Below are positions 10,455 to 20,757 of a stretch of 64,000 bases of DNA, in pieces (position 1 is the stretch's first letter; each line of letters opens with the position of its first letter). Source of the DNA: an uncultured Anaerolineales bacterium. Lineage in GTDB: Bacteria; Chloroflexota; Anaerolineae; Anaerolineales; RBG-16-64-43. The translations under genes and the position numbers were made by a program. The stretch is from positions 67,198 to 131,197 of the forward strand of contig CAZFPL010000004.1 of the NCBI GenBank assembly GCA_964521085.1, written 5' to 3'. The notes under the pieces were generated by a model. The model had not been told where the DNA came from. It worked only from the letters and a program-made list of their open reading frames with translations, and made no database searches.

Positions 10455-10498
10455 AAAAAGCCCGCCCCCGGCGGATTTTCGCGCCGGGGGCGGGCTTT
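10455..10498. terminator. bidirectional intrinsic terminator between convergent genes
   Basis: 18-bp GC-rich stem AAAAGCCCGCCCCCGGCG / CGCCGGGGGCGGGCTTTT, with A-run and T-run flanks. Confidence 0.75.
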
Positions 10499-10616
10499 TA
10501 CGGGCTTATTTCCGAAAGTGGTATTGACCCGCAGGGGCAGGGCATGAAAAGCGAGGGGGAAAATTAATGTGTGAACGCTTGGCCAGAAAAATGTGAATCC
10601 GTCCCTGCGGATAAAT

Positions 10617-11339
10617 CTACTCTTTGTTCTCCGCCTTCCGCAGATTGAGAATTCCCACGACCACAAAATAGATCGCCGCGAAGAAGAGCGAGAACGTCAG
10701 CGCAAAGATAAAAGCGTCGGAGTTGGATTTGGGGTGGCGGAACCAGCTGAAAATTTCCTTAAACAGCGGTATGGGTTTCGTCAGCAGGTCCCAGCTGTTG
10801 AAGCGCAGGAAGCGGCCGATATAAATCCCGAATCCGCCCGCTACCAGCGAGCCCAGGGCAAAGATCCAACTGACGACCGTGCCCAATGACCGGCGCACCA
10901 GCCCCTGCATCAGGATCAGAGACACCATCCCCAGGTAGCAGCCCGTAAACGCAAACGCCATATAAAGGATCTGGTCGAACCAGTACGGCATATCCTCCCG
11001 CGGACGGAGGTGGACGAGATCGGTGATCAGGTAGGGGGCGTTCGGAAAAAACAGCAGCCAAATCACTGCGCACCCCAGCGCGATGACCGCGCCGAAACAG
11101 GATCCTTTGCGATAGGCGTTGTAGGCGATGAGGGCGAACACGGCCGGAATCCAAGCCAGCATCAGGTTGAAGTTCAGCGATGCATAGACGGTGGAATCCG
11201 TCTTGACCATCCGGATCAGGAACAGGAACACGCTCATCCCGCTGCAGATGATCATGGTAAGTACCAGCAGCGCTTGATAGCGGAGCGCGAACCGTCCGGC
11301 TTTCGGTTTGGTTGCAGGTTGCGGATTTTCTGTTTGCAT
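10617..11339 (-). CDS. DUF1361 domain membrane protein
   Basis: FFPNAPYLITDLVHLRPRE and NLMLAWIP motifs; 6-7 TM helices. Confidence 0.65.
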   Translation of the reverse strand: MQTENPQPATKPKAGRFALRYQALLVLTMIICSGMSVFLFLIRMVKTDSTVYASLNFNLMLAWIPAVFALIAYNAYRKGSCFGAVIALGCAVIWLLFFPNAPYLITDLVHLRPREDMPYWFDQILYMAFAFTGCYLGMVSLILMQGLVRRSLGTVVSWIFALGSLVAGGFGIYIGRFLRFNSWDLLTKPIPLFKEIFSWFRHPKSNSDAFIFALTFSLFFAAIYFVVVGILNLRKAENKE

Positions 11340-11414
11340 TTTTTCCTTTGCGTGAAACGAACGGCGGCTCGAACAAGCCGCCGCAAAATTATTTTACCAT
11401 TTACCGCGGGGCGG

Positions 11415-12680
11415 CTAGGAGCGGATGAGGTAGTCCCCCTCGGCGACCCATTTGTAGGTGGTCAGTTCGCGCAATCCCATCGGGCCGCGGGCGTGCAGCC
11501 GCTGGGTGGAGATGGCCACTTCCGCGCCCAGCCCGAACTGCGCCCCGTCGGTGAAATGCGTGCTGGCATTGACGTACACAGCGGCGGAATCCACCTCGGC
11601 CTTGAAGCGCGCCGCGTGTTCGCGGTTCCCGGTGAGGATCCCGTCGGAGTGATTTTGCGAGTGCAGGGCGATGTGTTCCATCGCTTCCTCGAGCGTATCC
11701 ACCACTTTCAGCCCGAGGATCAGCGCCATCCACTCGGTGTCGAAATCCTCCGGCCCGGCCGGCTGAACCGATGCGGGCAGGGGAGTGCCGAGGAAGGGGA
11801 TCGCATTTTGGTGGGCGCGGAAGGTGACGCCGTCCTTCTCCAGGCGCGCAACCGCCATCGGCAGGAATTTGGCCGCGATGGTTCGTTCCACAAGGACGGT
11901 ATCCAGCGCGTTGCAAACCGACGGCCGCTTGGTCTTGGCGTTGTGGATCACCTCGACCGACCGGGCCAGATCGGCGCTTTCCTCGACATACAGGTGGCAG
12001 ATTCCCACGCCGCCGGTGATCACCGGGATGCGGCTTTGCTCGCGGCAGAAGCGGTGCAGGCTGTTGCCGCCGCGGGGGATGATCATATCCACCGACTGGT
12101 CGAGGCCGAGCAGTTCGTTCACCCGCGCGCGGTCGGGATCGTCGACGAAGAGCACCGCATCCTCGGGAAGGCCGGCGGCGCGCAGGGCGCGGTGCACGGC
12201 TTCCACCAGCGCCCGGTTGGAGTTGATCGTCTCGCTGCCGCCGCGCAGGATCACCGCGTTCCCGGTTTTCACGGCGAGCCCGGCTACGTCAACCGTCACG
12301 TTCGGGCGCGATTCGTAGATCACACCCAGCACGCCGATCGGGACGCGCTGCCGCCACAAATGCAGGCCGCTCGGGCGCGTGCTTTCGTCATACCGCTCGC
12401 CGACCGGATCCGGCAGATCGATCACCTTGCGCAGGTCGGCGGCGATCCCTTCCAGGCGGGAGGGGGTGAGTGTGAGCCGGTCGATTAATCCGGAAGCAAG
12501 GCCCGCGGCGCCGGCCGCCGCCACATCTTTCGCGTTGGCGTCCAGGATCGGCTGCCGGTCCTTGCCGAGGGCCGCGACAAGCTCGGTGAGGGCTTTGTTC
12601 TTCTGCGCGGTCGGCGCCTTGGCCATGATCCCGGCGGCGGCGCGCGCGCGTTTTCCGAGGTCGGTCATATTAACAGACAT
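11415..12680 (-). CDS. proA: gamma-glutamyl phosphate reductase
   Basis: Full-length ProA-like sequence (ILDANAKDV, GVIYESRPNVT, catalytic Cys context ...SVCNALDTVLV). ATG at 12678-12680 has GGAG upstream; a TTG at 12692 is possible. Confidence 0.9.
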   Translation of the reverse strand: MSVNMTDLGKRARAAAGIMAKAPTAQKNKALTELVAALGKDRQPILDANAKDVAAAGAAGLASGLIDRLTLTPSRLEGIAADLRKVIDLPDPVGERYDESTRPSGLHLWRQRVPIGVLGVIYESRPNVTVDVAGLAVKTGNAVILRGGSETINSNRALVEAVHRALRAAGLPEDAVLFVDDPDRARVNELLGLDQSVDMIIPRGGNSLHRFCREQSRIPVITGGVGICHLYVEESADLARSVEVIHNAKTKRPSVCNALDTVLVERTIAAKFLPMAVARLEKDGVTFRAHQNAIPFLGTPLPASVQPAGPEDFDTEWMALILGLKVVDTLEEAMEHIALHSQNHSDGILTGNREHAARFKAEVDSAAVYVNASTHFTDGAQFGLGAEVAISTQRLHARGPMGLRELTTYKWVAEGDYLIRS

Positions 12681-12862
12681 GGTAATCTCCAAATTGAAAC
12701 GGGAATTCTAACATTATTTGAACTGAACCTATCTTTGCGAATTGTGCGGTCAAATGGCGGACGTCGGGGGTTGCGGGTAGACAACCACGGGATGATTTCG
12801 GCGCGGCGGGAATGGGCAATGCACCGGACTGCCGCCGCCTTGAACCGCGCGTATTCCGGTCT

Positions 12863-12891
12863 TTGACACAAATTGCCGCATTTGCTAGTAT
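12863..12891 (+). promoter_or_regulatory. sigma70-type promoter TTGACA-N17-TAGTAT
   Basis: Exact TTGACA at 12863-12868, 17-nt spacer, TAGTAT at 12886-12891. It lies 28 nt upstream of the ATG at 12919. Confidence 0.6.
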
Positions 12892-12918
12892 GAAAAATAC
12901 ACTACGGCTGCACCCACC

Positions 12919-14072
12919 ATGAACATCCCATACGGTCCCTTGTCGGTGGTTTTTATCGCCGGATTCCTTGCGGGGGTAATCCTCGCCCTGGTCTTTTTTT
13001 TTCAGGAAGGGCAACCGGAAAGCCAACCGGATCTTTGCCGCTTTCATCCTTGCGTCGCTGATCTCTTTTCTGTATGCCGTCCTGCTGCCCACAAAATTAT
13101 ATGTTTCTCTTCCGCATCTATCCTGGTCCGATATCCGGCGATGTTCCTGATCGGGCCGATTTCTTTTTTTATATCAAAGCGTTGATCCGGGATGGCCGCT
13201 CCCGCGGCCTTTGGGAATCGCTTCACTTCCTTCCGGCATTACTCTGCCTGCTTATCATGGCGCCTTTCTACGTGAAGGACGCGGAGTATAAAATTCAATA
13301 TATCGAGACCGCGGTCCAAAATTCAAAGCTGGAATTCAACATCCTGTTCTTCCTGGCCTACGTTCAGGTCGTTTTATATTTCCTAGAGGCGAACCGCCTG
13401 ATTCGCGGGTACATAGCCCGGTTCAAACAGACGTATTCCGATCTGGAACCGGTCAGTTTGGATTGGATAAGGAACCTGTCGGGGATCATTCTTGTCATCT
13501 GCCTGTTCTGCCTGCCGCTTTTTGGCTTGCTTTTCCTCGGTCACGATTCAGGGCATGCGATCGATTATTCCTTTCTCATCGCCCTGACGCTGTATTTCGG
13601 CATTCTGTTTTTGGGGTACCGGGTATGGATTCAGCCGGATCTGGTTTCCCCTTCCGGCCCGTTCGAGAAAAAAGAAAAGTACCTGAAATCCAAATTATCC
13701 AGGGAGGAATCCAAGAAATACTATTCGCAATTGATCGATTTGATGGAGAAGGAGAAGGTGTACCTGGAGCCGAATCTGAATTTGCCCGATTTGGCGAAGC
13801 GGATGGATTTGAATCCGCGGTACCTTTCCCAGGTCATTAACGAAAATGCGTGTATGAATTTTTACGATTTCGTCAATCAATTCCGGGTCGAGGAAGCCAA
13901 GAAAGCCATCTTGGATCCTCAAAACGCGCATCAAGACATTCTCACCATCGCTTTCGATGCCGGCTTCAGTTCCAAGGCCACGTTCAATACCCTCTTTAAA
14001 AAAAACACAAAATTAACACCCTCCCAATACCGCAAATCCAATACGTTCGAGAGGATCCGCTCAAACGAATAA
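12919..14072 (+). pseudogene. membrane-anchored AraC/XylS-family regulator, reading frame broken about 3 times in its N-terminal region
   Basis: C-terminal AraC HTH (LPDLAKRMDLNPRYLSQVINE...FDAGFSSKATFNTLFKK). The sensible N-terminal reading moves through all three frames between 12994 and 13170, twice at poly-T tracts. The longest intact ORF is 13074-14072. Confidence 0.6.
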
Positions 14073-14257
14073 GTGCCCGGGGCATGGTATTCTACCGGTA
14101 GGTATTCCGGATTCGTCGGCGGGTAGGACCCCCTGCGCCGAGGTTGGATTCGGCGGTTCGGGGCGCGAGCCTCATCCAACAATAGATTTTCTTACATGCA
14201 CCAACGGTTTTCCGTTTGGATAATGAAAATTAAAACCCTTCGGCAAAGGAGATCTTA

Positions 14258-15511
14258 ATGAAACGCTTGCCGTTTATCCTTCTCGTGGCGATGGCGCTCG
14301 GCCTGGCCTGCGGGAAAACCGCCGCGGTATCCCCCGCCGTGCCTACCCTTCCGGCCACATCGGCCGCGCCCGGCACTCCGCCGCCCATCCCGGAGGAATA
14401 CCGGGCGATGGCCGGCGAATTGAGCGCGGAATTAACTCATTTCGAGGACACGCTGAGCCGGCAACCGGAGCCGGGACCGGAAAAGGCTCTCATCGGATCG
14501 GAACTGGCTTTTGCCAACGGGAATATCGGCGAAGGGCTGCTCCAGCCTTCCACGCGTGAACTTAACCTGCTTCTACTGGACCGTCTGCAGACTCTCGGGA
14601 TTCAAGCCGTTGTCATCGCTGTTCCATTTCCTTTGCTGGATCCCTCGTTCCCGAGATCAGCGGAATACATCCAATTCTACAAAGATATCGTGGATCAAGC
14701 CCGTCAACACGGCATGAAAGTGATCATGAAAAGTGGAGCGATTTTTTCCGGCACGGCTTTTTCGTCCGCAACCGTGGATTGGTCCGTGTACACCACCGCC
14801 TCCTATCTGCAAGGGCGCGAAAACCAGGTTCTGCTGATGGCGAGTAAATTCCAGCCGGATTATCTGATGATCGCCAATGAGCCGGGCACCGAAATGATGC
14901 TGACCGGCCTTTCGATCACTCCCGCGCAGTGGGGTAATTTCCTGGACGATACGCTCGGCCGGATCGACCGGTCCGGCGGCACGGCGGTCGGCGCAGGCGT
15001 GGGCAACTGGGAAGACACCGCATTCTTCGACCAGGTGATGCAGGCCGACGGACTCGATTTCTTCGACCTGCACATCTACCCGATGGGCCAGGATGCCGTC
15101 CTGCTCGATCGCGGTCTGGAATATCTTCAGGAGGCTCATGCGGGAGGGAAGCGGGTGACGATCAGCGAGGCTTGGCTGTTTAAAGTCGACCCCCGGGAAG
15201 GCGGCTCGGCCTATGGGGATTATGCCAGCGCCATCCGCCGCGACGTGTATGGATTCTGGGAAGGGCTCGACGCGCGGTTTATCGAGGATATCGTCCGGAT
15301 GTCCGACGCCGCCCAGGTGGAGTTCGTCTCGTTCTTTTGGACGCGGACCTTCTTTGCCTATCTGGATTACGACGCGACGCCGCGCGATTTGTCCGATGTG
15401 GAAATCAACCAGCGGATCAATCAGGCTTGCGCGGTGAACGTGCAGAGCGGAACCTACAGCACACTCGGCGAATGGCTCCGGAAATTTCTGCGCGCCCGCA
15501 ATGGGGGATAG
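14258..15511 (+). CDS. lipoprotein, GH5-like (TIM-barrel) glycoside hydrolase
   Basis: Lipobox LGLAC after a signal peptide. IANEPGTE (acid/base NEP) and VTISEAW (nucleophile-like) motifs. AAGGAG RBS. Confidence 0.5.
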   Translation: MKRLPFILLVAMALGLACGKTAAVSPAVPTLPATSAAPGTPPPIPEEYRAMAGELSAELTHFEDTLSRQPEPGPEKALIGSELAFANGNIGEGLLQPSTRELNLLLLDRLQTLGIQAVVIAVPFPLLDPSFPRSAEYIQFYKDIVDQARQHGMKVIMKSGAIFSGTAFSSATVDWSVYTTASYLQGRENQVLLMASKFQPDYLMIANEPGTEMMLTGLSITPAQWGNFLDDTLGRIDRSGGTAVGAGVGNWEDTAFFDQVMQADGLDFFDLHIYPMGQDAVLLDRGLEYLQEAHAGGKRVTISEAWLFKVDPREGGSAYGDYASAIRRDVYGFWEGLDARFIEDIVRMSDAAQVEFVSFFWTRTFFAYLDYDATPRDLSDVEINQRINQACAVNVQSGTYSTLGEWLRKFLRARNGG

Positions 15512-15582
15512 CGTCTTTGGCAAGGATGCTTTCCGGCGTCCCGGCTTCTGTGCGTGATGAATGGGAATAGGTAATCCGAAGG

Positions 15583-15675
15583 ATTTATCCCGCTTTCGCG
15601 GGATGAGGAATACCCCGCCGCTTGCGATGCGAGAATTTGGGGGTTGCGCGCCATGATACCGCGCGGCGTTCATTT
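15583..15675. repeat. REP-like intergenic element, copy 1
   Basis: ATTTATCCCGCTTTCGCGGGATGAGGAATACCCCGC...GATACCGCGCGG...GTTCATT. Aligns with 23143-23246. Confidence 0.7.
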
Positions 15676-15735
15676 TCGACCCGGGGGCAGTTCATTCGGC
15701 AGGCGCAGGACGTGTTGAGACGGGAAAGGATCTAT

Positions 15736-16728
15736 TCATCCGTTTTCCAGAAACAAACGTATCGTTTCCTCGAACTTTTCCGGCTCCTCCAAAAACGGCC
15801 AATGCCCGCTGCGATCGAAGCCGGCAAGCGTACAGTCTGGAAGCAATCCACAGATCGCATCGGCGGTCGCTTTTCCCGTAGAGTCGGCGTCCGCCGCGCC
15901 GTACACGATGAGGGTTCGTACCCCCAGCTCGCGCAGGTCTTTGCTGAATTCCTTTCCCTCCAGCGAGCGGGAGACCTCGCGCCAGGTGGCAAATGAAATA
16001 TATCCCGAATCCTCGATCAGGCCGCGGTTGCGTGGATCATATAACCGCGGAAGCGACGTTTCCAAGTTTAAGTTCGCGAACCAAGCATCGGCGGTTTGAG
16101 GATTTGCCGGCGGGAATCCGGGTCCCAAAGCATACAGTACGGGGCCAAACACATCCCATAACAGGGGTGCACCGACGCCGTTGTTGATCCGGATCGAGGA
16201 AACCAGGATCATCCCCTCGACATGTTCAGGGTACGCCAGGGCGTAGCGCTGCGCCAGCGCGCCGCCGGCGGAGTGCCCGACCACGACGATCTTCTCGGCG
16301 CGGATCACATCCCGGCGAAGGGCTTCCAACTCCTCCACGAGCTGGTCTATCGTATAGAGCGATGGATCGGGCTTGATCTGCGAATTGCCGGAACCGCGCT
16401 GATCGTAATAGACAACCCGGCGATCCTGCGCAAGAAAATTGAAACCTTGTTTGAAGGACCGGCTGGAATGGCCCGGCCCGCCGTGCAATATCACAACCGG
16501 GGCCGGATCGTCCGCCGGCCCCAATTCCCTGTAGAAGAGATCGAATCCCCCGATGGAAATCATTTGCGCATCCCCCGAACAGTCCCGGCAGGGAAGGTCG
16601 GCCGGTGGCACCCGGTAGAATGCATAGTCGGCGGACGCGATAAAGGCGATCCCGATAAGCATCCCGATGATCAACCCGATGCTGGCTATTCGCAACCAGG
16701 GGATTCTGGATTTTGGTTTTTGGCCCAT
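15736..16728 (-). CDS. alpha/beta hydrolase (proline iminopeptidase-like) with N-terminal TM anchor
   Basis: HGGPG oxyanion motif and nucleophile elbow GHSAGG. Confidence 0.75.
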   Translation of the reverse strand: MGQKPKSRIPWLRIASIGLIIGMLIGIAFIASADYAFYRVPPADLPCRDCSGDAQMISIGGFDLFYRELGPADDPAPVVILHGGPGHSSRSFKQGFNFLAQDRRVVYYDQRGSGNSQIKPDPSLYTIDQLVEELEALRRDVIRAEKIVVVGHSAGGALAQRYALAYPEHVEGMILVSSIRINNGVGAPLLWDVFGPVLYALGPGFPPANPQTADAWFANLNLETSLPRLYDPRNRGLIEDSGYISFATWREVSRSLEGKEFSKDLRELGVRTLIVYGAADADSTGKATADAICGLLPDCTLAGFDRSGHWPFLEEPEKFEETIRLFLENG

Positions 16729-16763
16729 GATAAACCTTGCCCCTCCCCTTGCCTCATCCCGGA

Positions 16764-17774
16764 TTAGGGGGGGTACTTCAATACCGGATGATGGATCCTG
16801 GGCTTAGCCGTTTTCACCCACGGCAATGCTTCCCAGGTCAATGTCACTTCACTCTCATAAAGCGCCCGGACCGTCGCGCGCTCCATCCACAGCGCCATCG
16901 GATCGCCCCAGTGCATGAACCACGTCCAGCGCGGCTGCGCGCGGAGTATTTCCGGAGCAGGCATCGTCCCCACCTCGCCCAGGGCGATGGGTTTTCCCCC
17001 GGCCAACGCGAGGAGCTGATCGTAATCCTGCTTGGCGAATCCGCCTTTGTAAACATCCGTGGCGAGGATATCCACCACGTCGCCGCCGGGATAATACAGT
17101 TCATACGGATCCACTTTTTCCCGGACCTCGTTCGCATTGAAGACCCAGATCAGGTTGTTCAACTTGTGGAAATGCGTCAACCTCTCGAACAACATCCGGT
17201 AGAGGGATCGGTATCCCGGATCGCCGGTTTTCTTTCCCCACCAGAACCATTCCCCGTTCATCTCGTGATACGGGCGCCAAAGCACCGGAACGCCGGCCTC
17301 CCGCAGCTGCGCAAGAAACCAGGCGATCACGTCCACCTGGGATTTCCAGTGTTCATGGATTTCCGTCCCGGGCGCAAATAGATCCTGCCACTGGCGGTCC
17401 GACAGTTTCCTTTTAATAGACTCCTCGAAAACGACCGGCTCCTCGTCGGTCGGACAGACCGCGTGCCACATAAGCGTGATGAGGAATCCCTCGGAATGGC
17501 GGCGGACGGCTTCGTCGACGATCTGCTGGCGGAAGTTGATCCCGTCCCAGGTGCCCGCGGCGCTGAAACCGAAATCCTGCCCGAAGACGGCCGGATAATG
17601 CTCGGTAATTTTGTGCATCCCGGCCAGGCGCGTCGATCCGACCAACGGCGCGCAGTGTTGGCCGGTCAGCGTACGTTTGCCGGAGATCTCGTACAGGTAG
17701 CGAAGAAGCTGCACGGCTTCAGGGGAAGGATCCGGCGACACCGGACAGAGGGAGGGCGAAGGATTATTGTACAT
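16764..17774 (-). CDS. glycoside hydrolase family 26 (beta-mannanase-like)
   Basis: LWRPYHEMNGEWFWWG and ITLMWH motifs are typical of GH26. ATG at 17772-17774 chosen; the longer ORF to 17969 has a poly-Arg extension and overlaps the upstream gene. Confidence 0.75.
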   Translation of the reverse strand: MYNNPSPSLCPVSPDPSPEAVQLLRYLYEISGKRTLTGQHCAPLVGSTRLAGMHKITEHYPAVFGQDFGFSAAGTWDGINFRQQIVDEAVRRHSEGFLITLMWHAVCPTDEEPVVFEESIKRKLSDRQWQDLFAPGTEIHEHWKSQVDVIAWFLAQLREAGVPVLWRPYHEMNGEWFWWGKKTGDPGYRSLYRMLFERLTHFHKLNNLIWVFNANEVREKVDPYELYYPGGDVVDILATDVYKGGFAKQDYDQLLALAGGKPIALGEVGTMPAPEILRAQPRWTWFMHWGDPMALWMERATVRALYESEVTLTWEALPWVKTAKPRIHHPVLKYPP

Positions 17775-17881
17775 GGCCTCTACGTATTGGGTTGCGACGA
17801 CCTGCTCTGGAATGCCGTGGAAACGGATTCCGGTGGCAGTCGGACAGGATGGATCATCGAACGGCGGCCGATGAGGATCCG

Positions 17882-18820
17882 CTACGAATCGGAGGTTTCT
17901 TCCTCGTCTTCTTCGGCGACGCCTTCCTCCTCCACCGGCGGATGCGCCTTCAGGTACTCTTCCCACCAATTCCTGAGCGCATTCACGACCGCCGGCGTGC
18001 CTTCCCGGAAACCCGCCAGTTCGATTTTGCGGCCGCCGGTCAATTCCACGATCGCCGATGCGCCGGCTCCGCCCTGAACGTCGAGAGAGGTACGCGGGTA
18101 TATGTTGTGGATTTCATTCACGGAAACCGTCCGTTCACCGAGGAGATAGACGAATCGGAGACGATCTTCCAGCAGATGAACGGCGGATGGGATCCGCAAC
18201 ATCAGGTAGACGATAAAAACTCCGAGCAGCGCCAGCGGCGCGCCGAGAAGGTCGCCATCCACCAGCGCCCGGATGCCCGGGGCAATGAGAACGACGGAGA
18301 AGAGAAGCCCGAGCGGATAAATAATCGGATTGCGTTTCAGCACCCGGATGTTCCGATCGGAAAGCGCATCGGGTTTTTGCTCGAACAATTCCCGTTTATG
18401 CAGGCGCAGGAGTTCGACGAAGTCGTCGTATTTCCAGATCCACGGATCGAGTGAGAGTATGGTTTTTCCGAATTTGTCCTTGATCCGGATTCCGCTCCCC
18501 AGCCCGGTGCTTTCGACGGAATCCAAATCGATCCAATAATGAATTTCCTCCCGGCCGGACCAGGACCGGACGGCGATCCCGTCTTCCCGGACGGTCCACC
18601 ATTTGCTCATCCAGAGGAAAAGTACCAGCCCAAGGACTGCGAACGCGGGAAAAACGACGGCGGTGAACAGATCGACATCCGTCTCCCACATCTGTAGAAA
18701 GCTGACCGCACTTAACAGCCCGAACAACAGCATGCACGCCAGCCCCACAAGTTTTATAAATATGTTATGGGTGAAGGTGACCGGCCGGAACTCTGTTTCG
18801 TTTTGTGTCGGATCGTCCAT
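17882..18820 (-). CDS. membrane protein, two TM-hairpin plus soluble-module repeats (PH-like?), acidic C-terminus
   Basis: ATG at 18818-18820. Two pairs of TM helices, each followed by a soluble segment of about 70 aa. No enzymatic motif seen. Confidence 0.5.
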   Translation of the reverse strand: MDDPTQNETEFRPVTFTHNIFIKLVGLACMLLFGLLSAVSFLQMWETDVDLFTAVVFPAFAVLGLVLFLWMSKWWTVREDGIAVRSWSGREEIHYWIDLDSVESTGLGSGIRIKDKFGKTILSLDPWIWKYDDFVELLRLHKRELFEQKPDALSDRNIRVLKRNPIIYPLGLLFSVVLIAPGIRALVDGDLLGAPLALLGVFIVYLMLRIPSAVHLLEDRLRFVYLLGERTVSVNEIHNIYPRTSLDVQGGAGASAIVELTGGRKIELAGFREGTPAVVNALRNWWEEYLKAHPPVEEEGVAEEDEEETSDS

Positions 18821-18946
18821 GGAGATCCCCTGCGCGAAAGGGAGAACGGGAAGGTTTCGGATTATCCGGCCATGAAAGAAACCATGCCCCGGAATTGCGA
18901 GCAAGCGAATTTCCTAAAATAAAACCCTTGAAAATATTCTGAAATT

Positions 18947-19600
18947 TCAGCCGGCTTCCACCTTGGCTCCGCAATCGGCGCAAAACTTCGCCCCGGCCTT
19001 AAGTTTGGCCCCGCACTGCGTGCAGTGCGCTTCGGCGTTGATCTTCGCGCCGCATTCCGGGCAGAACTTGGCGTTCTTGGCCAGCGGCGCGTTGCACTTC
19101 GGGCAGGTGGCGCGCACGCCTTCGCGCCAGCTTTTTTCCTTCAGCATCTCCCGGTCTTCCTCGGCCATCTTGGAATGAGCCCAGACCTCTTCGGTCGTGC
19201 GGCTGGCCTGCGCGGCCGCCATTTCCACGCCCAGATCCGGCGCGCACTCCTTGCACAATCCCTTCGAATTGTTCCAGCAACTGCGGCGGCAAACCCAGGC
19301 CGAACATCGCGGGCACTGGACGAAATCCGGTTTGAGTTCCTTCATTGCCTTGTTGAACGCCGCATCGTGCGCCTTTTGCCACCCGGCGGAGCGAACCCGC
19401 TCGCCGACATCGGCCGCCTGTCCGAATACGCCACCGAACAGGGAGCTCGCGGTATCCAATGCGCTGGACACCGTCCCAAGTCCGAAGGCTTCGAACTCCG
19501 TGCGGAAACCCGTACCGCAGCGGTCGCAATTGAACTCGAATTGGAATCCCGTGTCGGTGCTGAGGTCGGAGTAGTTTTGGGTGAACTCGATTTTGGCCAT
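18947..19600 (-). CDS. zinc-ribbon (double zinc ribbon) domain protein
   Basis: Repeated CxxC...CxxC units (CPKCNAPLAKNAKFCPECGAKI, CTQCGAKLKAGAKFCADCGAKV, CDRCG..., CPRCSAWVC). Confidence 0.65.
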   Translation of the reverse strand: MAKIEFTQNYSDLSTDTGFQFEFNCDRCGTGFRTEFEAFGLGTVSSALDTASSLFGGVFGQAADVGERVRSAGWQKAHDAAFNKAMKELKPDFVQCPRCSAWVCRRSCWNNSKGLCKECAPDLGVEMAAAQASRTTEEVWAHSKMAEEDREMLKEKSWREGVRATCPKCNAPLAKNAKFCPECGAKINAEAHCTQCGAKLKAGAKFCADCGAKVEAG

Positions 19601-19617
19601 GGAAGCTCCCGTAAGGA

Positions 19618-20724
19618 TCAGAGAATCACCAGATCATTCCGATGAATCACTTCATCCCCGAAATTGAATCCGAGGATGGCTTCGATTTCTTCGGATTTCT
19701 TCCCGATGATGCGGGCCAATTCGCCCGAGCCGTAGTTGGTGATCCCGCGCGCGATCTCCTTTCCGCCCGGGTCGAGGACGCGGATCGAATCGCCGCGTTC
19801 GAAGGATCCCTCGGCGGATTTGATCCCGACCGGGAGGAGCGAACTGCCGCGGGCGAGGGCTTGCACCGCGCCCGGGTCGATCCGCACCGCGCCGGAGGCG
19901 CGGCCGCCGGTGAGGATGTAGCGTTTGCGGCTTTCGACGGAGGTCGCCACGGGCAGGAAGCGGGTGCCGACGGTTTCGCCGGTCGCGGCGCGCAGGAGCA
20001 CGTCGGGCGTTTCCCCCGAGGCGATGATCACCGTGGTCCCCGACCGCCGCGCCAGGTCCGCCGCTTGCAGTTTGGTCAGCATGCCGCCGGTTCCCAGACT
20101 GCTTTCCGTTCCGCCGGCGGCCTCCCAAAGCGCTTTGGGGATTTCCGGCTCGCTCACCTCGTTGACCAGGATCGCGTTTGGATCGGACCGCGGATCGGCC
20201 GTGTAAAGGCCCACCTGATCGGTCAGCAGAAGCAGCAGGTCGGCGTCGATCAGATTGGCCACCAGCGCCGAGAGATTGTCGTTGTCGCCGACGCGGATCT
20301 CCTCGGTGGCGACGGTGTCGTTTTCATTGATGACGGGGATGGCGCCGTGGTCGAGCAGCGCAGTGAGGGTGTTGCGCGAATTGAGGTAGCGTCGGCGGTC
20401 GGCCAGGTCTGCGCGCGTAAGCAGGATCTGTGCCGGAATAAGCCCGTACATGCCGAAGACCTGTTCATAGAGTGCCATCAGCCGGGGTTGGCCGATCGCG
20501 GCCAGCATCTGCTTGGCGGGCAGCCCCTTCGGCAGCGCGGGAAATCCGAGTCGTTCGCGGCCGGCTGCCATCGCGCCGGAGGTGACCAAGATGATCCCGG
20601 CGCCGCGTTCGCGCAGGGCGGCCAGTTGGCGGGCGAGCTCGACCATGTGAGGCATGGAGAGGCGCGGGGTGCCGGCCGTCAATGTGGACGTGCCCAGTTT
20701 TACGACAATGCGATGAAAGGCCAT
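19618..20724 (-). CDS. proB: glutamate 5-kinase with C-terminal PUA domain
   Basis: IVVKLGTSTLT, ILVTSGAMAAG, INENDTVAT; C-terminal PUA-like GITNYGSGEL. Confidence 0.9.
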   Translation of the reverse strand: MAFHRIVVKLGTSTLTAGTPRLSMPHMVELARQLAALRERGAGIILVTSGAMAAGRERLGFPALPKGLPAKQMLAAIGQPRLMALYEQVFGMYGLIPAQILLTRADLADRRRYLNSRNTLTALLDHGAIPVINENDTVATEEIRVGDNDNLSALVANLIDADLLLLLTDQVGLYTADPRSDPNAILVNEVSEPEIPKALWEAAGGTESSLGTGGMLTKLQAADLARRSGTTVIIASGETPDVLLRAATGETVGTRFLPVATSVESRKRYILTGGRASGAVRIDPGAVQALARGSSLLPVGIKSAEGSFERGDSIRVLDPGGKEIARGITNYGSGELARIIGKKSEEIEAILGFNFGDEVIHRNDLVIL

Positions 20725-20757
20725 TCCCTTCGTCCTTGGAATTGATATCGGAAGCGG

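Noticed and set aside
16764-17969. The full-length 401-aa version of the GH26 ORF, with a poly-Arg N-terminus.
   Set aside because: The extension (GGGGRRRRRRRGRN...) overlaps the 3-prime end of the upstream gene and looks non-coding. The ATG at 17772-17774 gives a normal GH26 catalytic domain, although no signal peptide is evident, so the start remains somewhat uncertain.
11415-20724. proB and proA separated by about 7 kb instead of forming a proBA operon, with proB followed co-directionally by zinc-ribbon, membrane and GH26 genes.
   Set aside because: Split proB and proA genes occur in many phyla. No sequence feature here suggests a functional link between proB and the downstream genes beyond the short spacing.
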